A stretch of DNA of 64,000 bases, taken from the NCBI GenBank assembly GCA_020348925.1, contig CP070758.1, positions 3,549,688-3,613,687 on the forward strand. Reading direction: 5' to 3'. Positions within the stretch are counted from its first letter, which is position 1; each line of letters starts with the position of its first letter. Source of the DNA: Gemmatimonadota bacterium. GTDB taxonomy: Bacteria > JBHIER01 > G020348925. The translations under genes were made by a program, and so were the position numbers. The notes below the pieces were generated by a model, which was given only the letters and a program-made list of their open reading frames with translations, was not told the origin of the DNA and made no database searches. Shown piece after piece: positions 29,341-37,901 of this stretch.

Positions 29341-29694
29341 GGGGGCGACAGGTTTCGACGGGGATAGAGGGGGCAGGGATAGCAGGTCGAGCATTCCCAA
29401 TAACTCGTTAAACTGACGGGAACCAAATGTAAGTGCAAACGGTTATTCTTACGCACTGGCTGCTTAATGCAGCTCGTTCTCACCGGCCCTGCCTGTTGGG
29501 CTGGATGAGGGCGTCGTAAAAAACAGGCTGGCCTCTCCTTCACGCCGAGGGAGAAGAGGTGAGATTTTATCGGCTGGTGCCCTCCGGATCCCGCTTGTTG
29601 GAGCCGGATGGCATGAGACTCAAAAAGCAAGCTAAGCCTGTAGAGGTCCCTGTGACCGTATCTTCGGACGTGGGTTCGATTCCCACCGCCTCCA
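29341..29694 (+). ncRNA. ssrA: tmRNA; tag (A)NGYSYALAA*
   Basis: 5' GGGGGCGACAGGTTTCGACG, tag ORF 29435-29467, 3' GGTTCGATTCCCACCGCCTCCA; full CCA not encoded. Confidence 0.96.
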
Positions 29695-29890
29695 CTGCGT
29701 CCCTCGTAAGCCACCGTGAAACATCCTCACCGGCGGCTTTTTGATTTTAAAGATGGGCCACAGAGGCACTGGGATACAGAATATGTATAATGATAAATGC
29801 GGTGATATGTGGTAAACGCAAAGACAGTGTCACTGCCAGGGAGGCCGTGTTACAGGCGGCAGGTGAAAGCAGTTTTATTCCAGAACGCGG

Positions 29891-29942
29891 GAGATTGCTT
29901 CGCGGCGCCTGTCCCGGATACAGTACCGGGGCTCGCAATGAC
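29891..29942. repeat. REP-like extragenic element
   Basis: GAGATTGCTTCG...CTCGCAATGAC ends enclosing an internal hairpin CCCGG-ATACAGTA-CCGGG. Confidence 0.6.
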
Positions 29943-30016
29943 AGGCAGGGAGTGACTATTGTGCGGGAGGCCGTATTGTACGCGACAGGACAATTTTTCA
30001 AAAATTGCCCGATGCG

Positions 30017-30042
30017 GGAACTTTTCGGGCGGGACATTTGTT
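30017..30042 (+). promoter_or_regulatory. ECF (SigR/SigH-type) autoregulated promoter
   Basis: GGAAC-N18-GTT directly upstream of the sigma gene. Confidence 0.7.
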
Positions 30043-30124
30043 TTTTTATGTTGCGAAGCGTAAAGAACGGCGGACGATATTTCGACCAGCGGCATGAGGC
30101 CGGAGTGCAGGGGGGGATGGTTCG

Positions 30125-30709
30125 ATGAGGCGCTGGCGAAGACGCCGGACGAAGCAAGGGGAATTTGAAGAAACAGCACTGAGCCATTTCGATTCCCTAT
30201 ACAACGCCGCCGTCCGAATGACAGGGAGTGCGTGGGAGGCCGAAGATCTCGTTCAGGAAACCTACATGAAAGCCTACGCCTCTTTCCATCAGTTTCAGCG
30301 GGGCACGAATTGCAAGGCATGGCTCTTTCGAATTTTGATGAATACATACCTTAACACTTATCGGAAAGACAAAAGAGAAGCCCAGGCTCTTTCTCTTGAG
30401 ATCCCTGAGGATGGTTACATTTTCAATAGATTTGAAGAGGAGATTCCGAACTTCGGGGAGGTTATGGGCGAAGAGTTTTTGGGGAAACTCGTAAGCGATG
30501 ACGTGAAACGCGCCATCGATGACCTTCCAGCGGAGTTCAGAGCCGTCGTTCTTCTGTCGGATTTGGAATCCTTGACGTATCAAGAGATCGCGGATGCTCT
30601 GGATTGCTCGCTGGGGACGGTCAAATCACGGCTTTTTCGAGGGAGGCGAATGCTCCAGAAGAGCCTGTGGGACTACGCCGTGGAGAAAGGCATCGCGAGG
30701 AGGAGATGA
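30125..30709 (+). CDS. ECF RNA polymerase sigma factor, SigR/SigH-like
   Basis: [51 protein letters not shown]...[11 protein letters not shown]. Confidence 0.93.
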   Translation: MRRWRRRRTKQGEFEETALSHFDSLYNAAVRMTGSAWEAEDLVQETYMKAYASFHQFQRGTNCKAWLFRILMNTYLNTYRKDKREAQALSLEIPEDGYIFNRFEEEIPNFGEVMGEEFLGKLVSDDVKRAIDDLPAEFRAVVLLSDLESLTYQEIADALDCSLGTVKSRLFRGRRMLQKSLWDYAVEKGIARRR

Positions 30710-30710
30710 G

Positions 30711-31541
30711 ATGACCTGTGAACAAGCCACAACCCGTCTCCACGAGTTTCTGGACCACGAGCTGTCCGGGCAGCGCCACTCCGAGGTCGGTGCACATCTT
30801 GCGTCGTGTCCGTCGTGCAGACGAATGTACGAGTTCGAGCAACAGCTTCGGAATACCGTCTGGGAGAAAGGCCGCGAAGAGAAAGCCCCCGCTTACGTCT
30901 TCGAAAGGGTCAAACGAAACGTATTTGAAAAGAAGAAGAGAGAAGTGAAGGATCGTTCCGAACGCTCGTGGATGGGACTGAGACCGGCTTGGAATTGGGC
31001 CGTCGCCGCCCTTGTCGCTGTCACCGTGGCGGGGACCTGGGTGGCCCTGAGGGGGAAAGGAGGACCTCCGCCCTTGCTGGCGGAGCTGGTGGGCGATCAC
31101 ATGCAGTACGCTGAGGCTGAGAAGCCGTCGGAAATGGTCTCCTCCGACGCTGATGAAATCGAGATCTGGTTGGAGGGGAAACTGGGGTACGCCATCGTGG
31201 TGCCCCGGTTCGAAGGGCCACATATGCACCTCATCGGGGGCAGGATCCTGGATGTGAAGGGGATGAAGGTGGCCTACCTCTTTTATCAGGGGGACGGGCG
31301 CGCGCTGTCCCTGTATGTGACAAAGGTTTCGACCGCCGAGCTGTGTGCCAAGGATAAGCTTCAACTCCAGGATTGCCGGCTCTGCCTCGTGAAGTTTCAC
31401 AACTGCGAGCTGTGCATCAGTAAATTTCGGGACTACAACATCCTGTCCTGGGAGGAGGAAGGGGTCACCTATGCCATGGTCTCGGATTTGGATAGTGAGC
31501 ACATGCTCGATGTGACGTGCCCCCGAGGCATCCCAAGTTGA
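30711..31541 (+). CDS. Zinc-binding (ZAS, zf-HC2) transmembrane anti-sigma factor
   Basis: MTCE....HLASCPSC (HxxxCxxC), one TM, external domain with LIGGR..VAYLFY. Confidence 0.88.
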   Translation: MTCEQATTRLHEFLDHELSGQRHSEVGAHLASCPSCRRMYEFEQQLRNTVWEKGREEKAPAYVFERVKRNVFEKKKREVKDRSERSWMGLRPAWNWAVAALVAVTVAGTWVALRGKGGPPPLLAELVGDHMQYAEAEKPSEMVSSDADEIEIWLEGKLGYAIVVPRFEGPHMHLIGGRILDVKGMKVAYLFYQGDGRALSLYVTKVSTAELCAKDKLQLQDCRLCLVKFHNCELCISKFRDYNILSWEEEGVTYAMVSDLDSEHMLDVTCPRGIPS

Positions 31542-31573
31542 GAGAACGAAATCTATTTCAAAGGTACTGATTT

Positions 31574-32308
31574 ATGGAAGAAGTGACTATTTTTGCGGCA
31601 TTTATTGCGGGTGTTATATCCTTTGGATCACCTTGTGTCCTGCCGCTCGTTCCGGCCTATATATCCGTCATCTCCGGAATCTCCCTCGATGAGCTCAAAG
31701 GGGGCCACGATAAAAAACTGGTCTGGAGAAAGGTGAGCCTCAATTCAATCGCCTTTATTCTGGGATTTTCGACTGTGTTCGTTCTCCTGGGGGCATCGGC
31801 CACGGTTGCGGGCCAGTTTCTGTTGAGCAAACTGACGGTTATTACCAAGATTGCCGGGGTGCTCATTATTATCTTCGGGCTGCACACCATCGGTCTCTTT
31901 CGGCTTAAATTTTTATATTACGAAAAGCGGTTTCAAGCCCAACAAAAGTCCGTCGGCCTTTTAGGCTCCTTCGTTATTGGATTGGCGTTTGCCTTTGGTT
32001 GGACGCCCTGCATTGGTCCGATTCTGGCGGCTATTCTTATTGTGGCCGGGACTCAGGAGACGGTGCTGCAGGGCATCTCCCTTCTGGCCATCTATTCGCT
32101 CGGCCTCGGGTTGCCCTTCTTCATTACCGGCCTCAGCATCAATTTCTTCCTGGGCATGTTCAGTAAGATGAAGTGGAAGTTTTTCCGCACCATCGAGATC
32201 GTCAGCGGAGTGTTCCTGATCGTTGTCGGCGTCCTCATCTTTACGAATTATCTCTCTATTATTAGTAGCGTACTCATGCAGTGGTTTCCGTGGCTCAATT
32301 TGGGATAG
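31574..32308 (+). CDS. ccdA: CcdA (DsbD transmembrane domain) electron transporter
   Basis: SFGSPCVLPLVP and FAFGWTPCIGPIL. Confidence 0.92.
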   Translation: MEEVTIFAAFIAGVISFGSPCVLPLVPAYISVISGISLDELKGGHDKKLVWRKVSLNSIAFILGFSTVFVLLGASATVAGQFLLSKLTVITKIAGVLIIIFGLHTIGLFRLKFLYYEKRFQAQQKSVGLLGSFVIGLAFAFGWTPCIGPILAAILIVAGTQETVLQGISLLAIYSLGLGLPFFITGLSINFFLGMFSKMKWKFFRTIEIVSGVFLIVVGVLIFTNYLSIISSVLMQWFPWLNLG

Positions 32309-32321
32309 GAAGGTGCACATC

Positions 32322-32855
32322 ATGCCGATTCGAATGAAACAATGGAGTCTGTTCCTCTTTGTCCTGATAGTGACCGTGAATGGGATGCGGTGCTCGGGCA
32401 GGCAGAAGGAGGCTACGCACGCCGATCTTCAGATTGCACCGGATTTCACCCTGAACGACCTGAACGGTCGAACCGGCAAACTGTCGGACTATCGAGGCAA
32501 AGTCATCATATTGGACTTCTGGGCAACCTGGTGTGGGCCCTGCCACATGCTCATCCCGCACTTTAACGATCTGTATACGAAGTATAAGGAGGCCGGATTC
32601 GAGATCGTCGGAGTGGCCCTAGATCAGGGAGGAGCCAAGCTGGTGAAACCCTTTGTGGAGAAACATTCGATCGCCTATACGAACTTCATCGGAAACCATG
32701 ACGTGGCCATGAAGTACGGGGGCCTGCGAGGTATTCCGACGACCTTTGTTCTTACGAAAGAGGGTCGGATTTTCAAGAAATATGTTGGAGTTCCCCCCAA
32801 CCCACGGGATACGTTTGAAAATGATATTCGAACGTTACTCTCTCTGGAGGGTTGA
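32322..32855 (+). CDS. TlpA/ResA-family thiol-disulfide reductase, probable lipoprotein
   Basis: APDFTL, DFWATWCGPC, GIPTTF. Confidence 0.9.
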   Translation: MPIRMKQWSLFLFVLIVTVNGMRCSGRQKEATHADLQIAPDFTLNDLNGRTGKLSDYRGKVIILDFWATWCGPCHMLIPHFNDLYTKYKEAGFEIVGVALDQGGAKLVKPFVEKHSIAYTNFIGNHDVAMKYGGLRGIPTTFVLTKEGRIFKKYVGVPPNPRDTFENDIRTLLSLEG

Positions 32856-32999
32856 GATGCGGCCAGAATAAGGAGGTGATATCGACTCAGAGACTTTCAC
32901 ATGATATGGATCGAAAAAGAGTTCAACGTATTATGAGAGTTCCGCAGTACGTAAAAAACCGTTACATTGTTGCTGTCATTGTTTTGAAAGGAGGATAAC

Positions 33000-34397
33000 A
33001 TGAAAGGTACGGTCGGAAGAATAGTGGCGCTGGTGGTTGTTGTGATCATTGGCGTGGCAGCAATATATTTCGTTGCTTCAAACGCGGGCAACAAGGTCGT
33101 CCCGCCAGTGGCTGAAGGGGAAAAGGTGTCCTCAGGTGAAACAGCTGAAGGCACAGTCGTTGCTACCGGGCCTCAGCCGCAAATTCAATTCGAGGAGATG
33201 GTGTACGATTGGGGTACGGTCTACCAGAACCAAAAGGTCCCCCACGTATTTAAATTTAAAAACGTGGGTGAAGTCGATCTGGTCATAGAGAATGTGAGGT
33301 CCTCGTGAGGATGCACGGCAGCGTTGCTGTCGGAAAAGGTTATTCCCCCCAAGGGTGAAGGTGAAATAAAAGTCACTTATAATTCCGGGAAACGGAAAGG
33401 TTCCCAGTCCAAGTCCGTTTCGGTTGAAACGAACGACCCCAATAACAAGAAGCTGTCGTTGAAGGTAAAAGGCATTGTGAAAGAGGCGGTGGCGTGCAAA
33501 CCCGATCGGCTCAATTTCGGCAAGATCGTCCAGGGAGATACCCAAATGCGGGAGGTCACAGTCACACCGGGTGAGGGCGAAAAGGTGAAAGTGAACAAGG
33601 TGGAGTCCTTGTCGGAATATGTGACGACCAAGCTTTCAAAGAATCCCGAGGGTGAAGGCTATGTCGTTCAAGTGACGCTGAGCCCGAAAGCTCCGCGGGG
33701 CCGTCTGGACGGACAGGTGAAAGTCTACACGGACAATGAAAACGCGCGGGAAATTACAGTCTATGTGAATGCCACGATCACCGGGGAGATCGTCTTCGTC
33801 CCGGATCGGGTAACTCTCATTGTCCAGAAGGAACAGGAGAACCAGGGGGCGACGGTCACCGTGCACAAGGAGCGAGAGGGGACCTTCGCAATTACGAAGG
33901 TCGAATGTGACGTGTTGCATGTGTCGACGGAACTTCAGACTTTGGAGGAGGGAAGACGTTACACTGTGCTTCTGAATGCCTCGGACCAAGTCGACATCGG
34001 AAGGGACAGCGGCACCCTGACCCTTCACACCGATGCGCCGGACGATCCTGAGGTGAAAGTTCCTCTGACACTCATTGTTCGCGGCAACTTGAACATCATC
34101 CCAGAGCAACTGTCCTTCGGCCTGGTCAATCAGGGAGATCAGAGGACGAAAACGATCACCGTGTCGACGAGTAAGGAAAAACTCAAGATCAAAAAAGTGA
34201 AATGCGACTTGGGCTTTTTGACGACGAATGTGGAGGAGAGAGAAGCCGGGAAAAGCTTCCAAATCAAAGTCACCACAGAGGCGAACGCGCCTGATGGGCA
34301 GTTCGATGGAACATTGACGATAGAGACCGACGATTCGCTTCAGCCGAAGGTGGAAATTCCGGTGAACGGGAGAGTTCGCGCCAAACCCTCGACGTAA
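33000..34397 (+). CDS. Membrane-anchored DUF1573/multi-Ig domain selenoprotein (Sec at TGA 33306-33308), 465 aa
   Basis: ORFs 33000..33308 and 33324..34397 are in one frame. The junction reads VRSS-U-GCTAALLSEKVIPPKGEGEI, matching the DUF1573 V..SCGCT...I.PG motif. A hairpin follows the TGA. Confidence 0.85.
33316..33332 (+). promoter_or_regulatory. Candidate bacterial SECIS hairpin
   Basis: CGGCAGC-GTT-GCTGTCG stem starting 7 nt after the TGA, with a G-containing apical loop. Confidence 0.6.
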
Positions 34398-34430
34398 GAG
34401 ACGAACCCAGCACATGCAGAGTGTGAACAC

Positions 34431-34931
34431 ATGGAACCGAGAAAAGTGTGGCGGTCCGTTGTAAAGGAGGCGGTGTGGATTATTCTTGTTTCATCCTTGA
34501 TCGGCTTTACTGTGAATCTCTCTTTTGTGATCGACGTCTTGCGCGGCGAAAGGGCCGTCAGTCCCGAACAGAAGATTGATTCGATTCTCAACAATAGCGA
34601 CGTAACGCCGGTCACGCTTCCTGAAGCAAAGAGAGCCTTTGACTCGAACAGCGCTCTTTTTGTCGACTCCCGAAGTGCGAAGGATTATGCTGAAGGCCAC
34701 ATCCTGGGCTCGATCAATCTGCCCTGGGAGGATTTCGAAGAGCTCAAGGCCGACCTCGAGGCTCTGATCCAGGAGGACAGAACAATCATCACCTATTGCG
34801 GAGGTTCGTGCGATAGCAGTGCTGAGTTGGCCGAGGCGTTAAGAGCACATGGTTTTACACATGTAAAGGTCCTTTTGGACGGATGGCCGTTGTGGGTCAA
34901 AGCACAATACCCGGTGGATGCATTCGAATAA
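34431..34931 (+). CDS. Membrane-anchored rhodanese-domain protein
   Basis: N-terminal TM, FVDSRS..DYAEGHILGSINLP, active-site loop YCGGSCDSS, LLDGWPLW. Confidence 0.88.
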   Translation: MEPRKVWRSVVKEAVWIILVSSLIGFTVNLSFVIDVLRGERAVSPEQKIDSILNNSDVTPVTLPEAKRAFDSNSALFVDSRSAKDYAEGHILGSINLPWEDFEELKADLEALIQEDRTIITYCGGSCDSSAELAEALRAHGFTHVKVLLDGWPLWVKAQYPVDAFE

Positions 34932-34991
34932 AAGGGACAGAACAGAGCCCCAACCGAGCATGTTGTCGGTAACAAATGAGAAGAGAAGGGG

Positions 34992-35480
34992 GTGAGTTTT
35001 TTCGAGTTTCTGAAGCAAGTTGTCTCGCACAAAATCCTGGGATTTTTCTTTCGGATGTTATTAGGGGCGACGTTCCTGTACGCCTGCTACGATAAGATCC
35101 TTCATCCGGAGGCGTTCGCCGAGGCCGTGGCCAACTATCGGATGCTTCCCGCAGCCCTGGTGGGACTCTTGGCCGTGACATTGCCCTGGGTGGAACTCTT
35201 CTGCGGGTTATTCCTCATCCTGGGCCTGTTCATCCGCAGTAGCGCCCTCATCGTTTCCCTCATGTTTTTCGTATTCAGCATCGCCCTGTCCGCCGCCGTC
35301 CTGCGAGGCATCGATATCGATTGTGGCTGCTTCCGTGTCACGGATGGCGGTCACAGCGTGACCGTCGGTTTGATTCTCCGGGATCTCGGCTATCTCGTGT
35401 TAAGCCTTCACGTGCTTTTTTTCGATAAGGGATTTCTGAGTTTCTCGCCGCTCATACGACAATTGCGTCGCAAAGCGTAG
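34992..35480 (+). CDS. MauE/DoxX-family membrane protein
   Basis: R..LGATFLYA..DKI, LPWVEL..GL.LILG, RGIDIDCGCF. Confidence 0.88.
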   Translation: MSFFEFLKQVVSHKILGFFFRMLLGATFLYACYDKILHPEAFAEAVANYRMLPAALVGLLAVTLPWVELFCGLFLILGLFIRSSALIVSLMFFVFSIALSAAVLRGIDIDCGCFRVTDGGHSVTVGLILRDLGYLVLSLHVLFFDKGFLSFSPLIRQLRRKA

Positions 35481-35686
35481 CCTGACAGGAGAGGAGTTCC
35501 CCCGTTATCGGTTCCCTTGGGGGTGGATATTTGAACGGAAGCGGTTGTCCCATGAGAAGCTACGTTCCCAAGCGGAGTTCGGGAAGGAGGGACGGTTCCC
35601 TAACCGTTCGACGAAGTGCCCCTTATCCGAGCCGCCGTAGAACCTCGTCACGCTCACCGAATGACGTCCCTTGAGGGATCTCCCAC

Positions 35687-36568
35687 CTATCGTACCGCTA
35701 AGGCGACAGAGCCCAGTACGAGGGCGCTGCCAGCGATCATGCGAAGGTTCATCGTTTCCCCGAGTATGACCCATCCCAGAAAAACCGCCACGACCGGTGT
35801 CACCAGGACGATAAAAGAAAGCCGCGTAACTTGAATTCGTTTCAGAAGCCAGTAGTACATGACAAAGGCGATGACGGTCCCGATCATTGAGAGGTACACC
35901 AGCGCCCCGATCGAATTTTTTGTGATAAGAAAATCGCTCGGGTTCTCCCGCATCAATCCGCAGAAGAGGAGTAGGATCGCCCCGAAGAACATTTGGACGG
36001 CAGTCAGGACGAAGGGATTCACCTGCGTCAGGTCCCGTTTGACCATGATGTTGCTTGCGGCCATAACTGCCGCGCTGAAGAGCAGGGCTCCCGCACCCCA
36101 TAGGCTTGCATTCGTTCCCAGGGTGAGATTATCGGAAAATATGAGGACGACCCCACACAGTCCCCCGGCTATTCCAGAGATTTTTTTAAAACTGAGCTTC
36201 TCCTCGGGAATGGTAAAGTGAGAGAAGAGGGCGACGTGGAGGGGGAAGGTGGAAAAGAGCACGGCCGTCAGGCCTGAAGGTATATACTGCTCTCCCCAGT
36301 AGACGGCTCCGTACCCCATGCCGACGAGAAGACCGGTGAGGATCATAAGATACCAGGTTTTTTTTTCGCGGGAAAACGATATCCTTTTCAACAGGATTAT
36401 GATGGTGAGGACGGCACTGGCGAGGGCGAAACGAAGGCCTGCTGAGAGAAAGGGAGGTGAATCTTCCAGCCCTATCTTAATAGCCAGCCACGTGGAACCC
36501 CATATGAGACACAGGAGGCAGAAGGCAAGGGCAGAGAGGTATTCTTTTCCAGATTCTGAGGATGTCAC
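35687..36568 (-). CDS. EamA/DMT family transporter
   Basis: IWGSTWLAIKIG...PPF.SAGLRF, about 10 TM. Confidence 0.9.
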   Translation of the reverse strand: MTSSESGKEYLSALAFCLLCLIWGSTWLAIKIGLEDSPPFLSAGLRFALASAVLTIIILLKRISFSREKKTWYLMILTGLLVGMGYGAVYWGEQYIPSGLTAVLFSTFPLHVALFSHFTIPEEKLSFKKISGIAGGLCGVVLIFSDNLTLGTNASLWGAGALLFSAAVMAASNIMVKRDLTQVNPFVLTAVQMFFGAILLLFCGLMRENPSDFLITKNSIGALVYLSMIGTVIAFVMYYWLLKRIQVTRLSFIVLVTPVVAVFLGWVILGETMNLRMIAGSALVLGSVALAVR

Positions 36569-36678
36569 GCCGACGATCTTTTTCCTTTTTCATGCATTGT
36601 GAGAAGTGTGCATCCCGGTCTTATCCGTCGAGACACTCCGGGCAGTGCCAAAAGTTCGGTTCATCCGCAAGGGCAGGG

Positions 36679-37554
36679 TTACAGACCTCTCAGAAACTCG
36701 GGGCGGAGACATGCGTCTCCGGCGTGAAGCGCTTCGTCAATGGTCTGCACTAATTTCTCTTTATCCCGAGGCAGTGTCCCTGCTAAGGGGAGATAGTTGG
36801 AGGCGTGATTTGTTCGAAAAATGCAGCCGGAAAGTCCATGCAAATTGTCGATGATCAGTCGCATCTCTCTCAACATGTCCAAGGGTTCAGGGAGCGCGAA
36901 CGACCCTTGTCTCCATTCATCATAGAGCTCTGTTCCGGGGACGATCATCAGGGTGAGTAAGGAGAAGAAGCGAGGATCCATCTGGCTGACGGCCCTGCCT
37001 GTCGCTTCCGCATGCTCCCGCCACATATCAAGACCTCCGAGACCCAATAATCCGATGACGGAAACTTTGAGACCGGCAGCCTGAGCTTGGCGCACGGCCT
37101 CAATCATCTCCTGGGAGGTGGCACCCTTCTTCACGCGGCGCAGGACTTCGTCGCTGCCGCTTTCAAGACCGATATAGATAATGGTCAGTTTCAGCTTGCA
37201 GAGTTCCGCAAGTTCCTGACTGCTCTTGTTCAGAATGTCCCGGGCATTGGCATAGATGCCTACTCTTTGAAGAGCCGGGAAAGCGGAATTGAGAGCTTCA
37301 AGGATCGTCTTGAGGCGGCGCTGACTGAGGACGAGCCCATTGCCGTCGCACAGGAAGACCCGGCGCGTATGGGGGGCTGCCGTCTTGGCCATCTCGATAT
37401 CCTCCAACACGTCTTGCTCGGCCCGCACGCCGAAGGATTTCTCCAGATACGTCGGACAGAAGGTGCAGGTGTTCTGCGAGCAGCCGTACGTTACTTGTAA
37501 CAGATAGCTCCCTGCTTCGCTCGGAGGGCGGATTATGGTCCCTGTATAACGCAC
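36679..37554 (-). CDS. Radical SAM protein of unknown function
   Basis: IIRPPSEA.SYLLQVTYGCSQNTCTFC, YIGLESGSD, FRTNHASNYLPL. Confidence 0.88.
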   Translation of the reverse strand: MRYTGTIIRPPSEAGSYLLQVTYGCSQNTCTFCPTYLEKSFGVRAEQDVLEDIEMAKTAAPHTRRVFLCDGNGLVLSQRRLKTILEALNSAFPALQRVGIYANARDILNKSSQELAELCKLKLTIIYIGLESGSDEVLRRVKKGATSQEMIEAVRQAQAAGLKVSVIGLLGLGGLDMWREHAEATGRAVSQMDPRFFSLLTLMIVPGTELYDEWRQGSFALPEPLDMLREMRLIIDNLHGLSGCIFRTNHASNYLPLAGTLPRDKEKLVQTIDEALHAGDACLRPEFLRGL

Positions 37555-37901
37555 TTTATCTACTTCAATATGACGCTCTATCGTTTTGAAAAAACATATG
37601 GAGTGAACACCGTCTTGCTGGCAGTGTCCATGTGTTCTGTAAACTTTTTGATCTCAGCTTTTTGACTCATAAAGGGAACGAAAGTTTCTCGGAGACTCCA
37701 TGAAGAGTCCGCTTTGTCGTGGTTGCTCTCATTCTTTCGATCATCGAAGCCTCCCTTTTCACCCATACGATGACAGAGAGAAACGACGGAGACTTTACCA
37801 TCGCCACGGAGATCGTGCTTGGGGCGGCAGGACGAAGCAGTCTCAAGCCGGCCAAGCCGTGCCTCAGTTGCAGGCACAGGGAGTCCCTCAGGGGCGGAGC
37901 G

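Noticed and set aside
29292-29744. ORFs over tRNA/tmRNA
   Set aside because: Shadow frames of RNA genes.
29695-29760. Genomic island integrated at the ssrA 3' end
   Set aside because: No integrase downstream and no duplicated ssrA or tRNA 3' end seen elsewhere in the window.
37578-37877. Small ORFs between the M16 and radical SAM genes
   Set aside because: No recognisable motif or convincing start signals.
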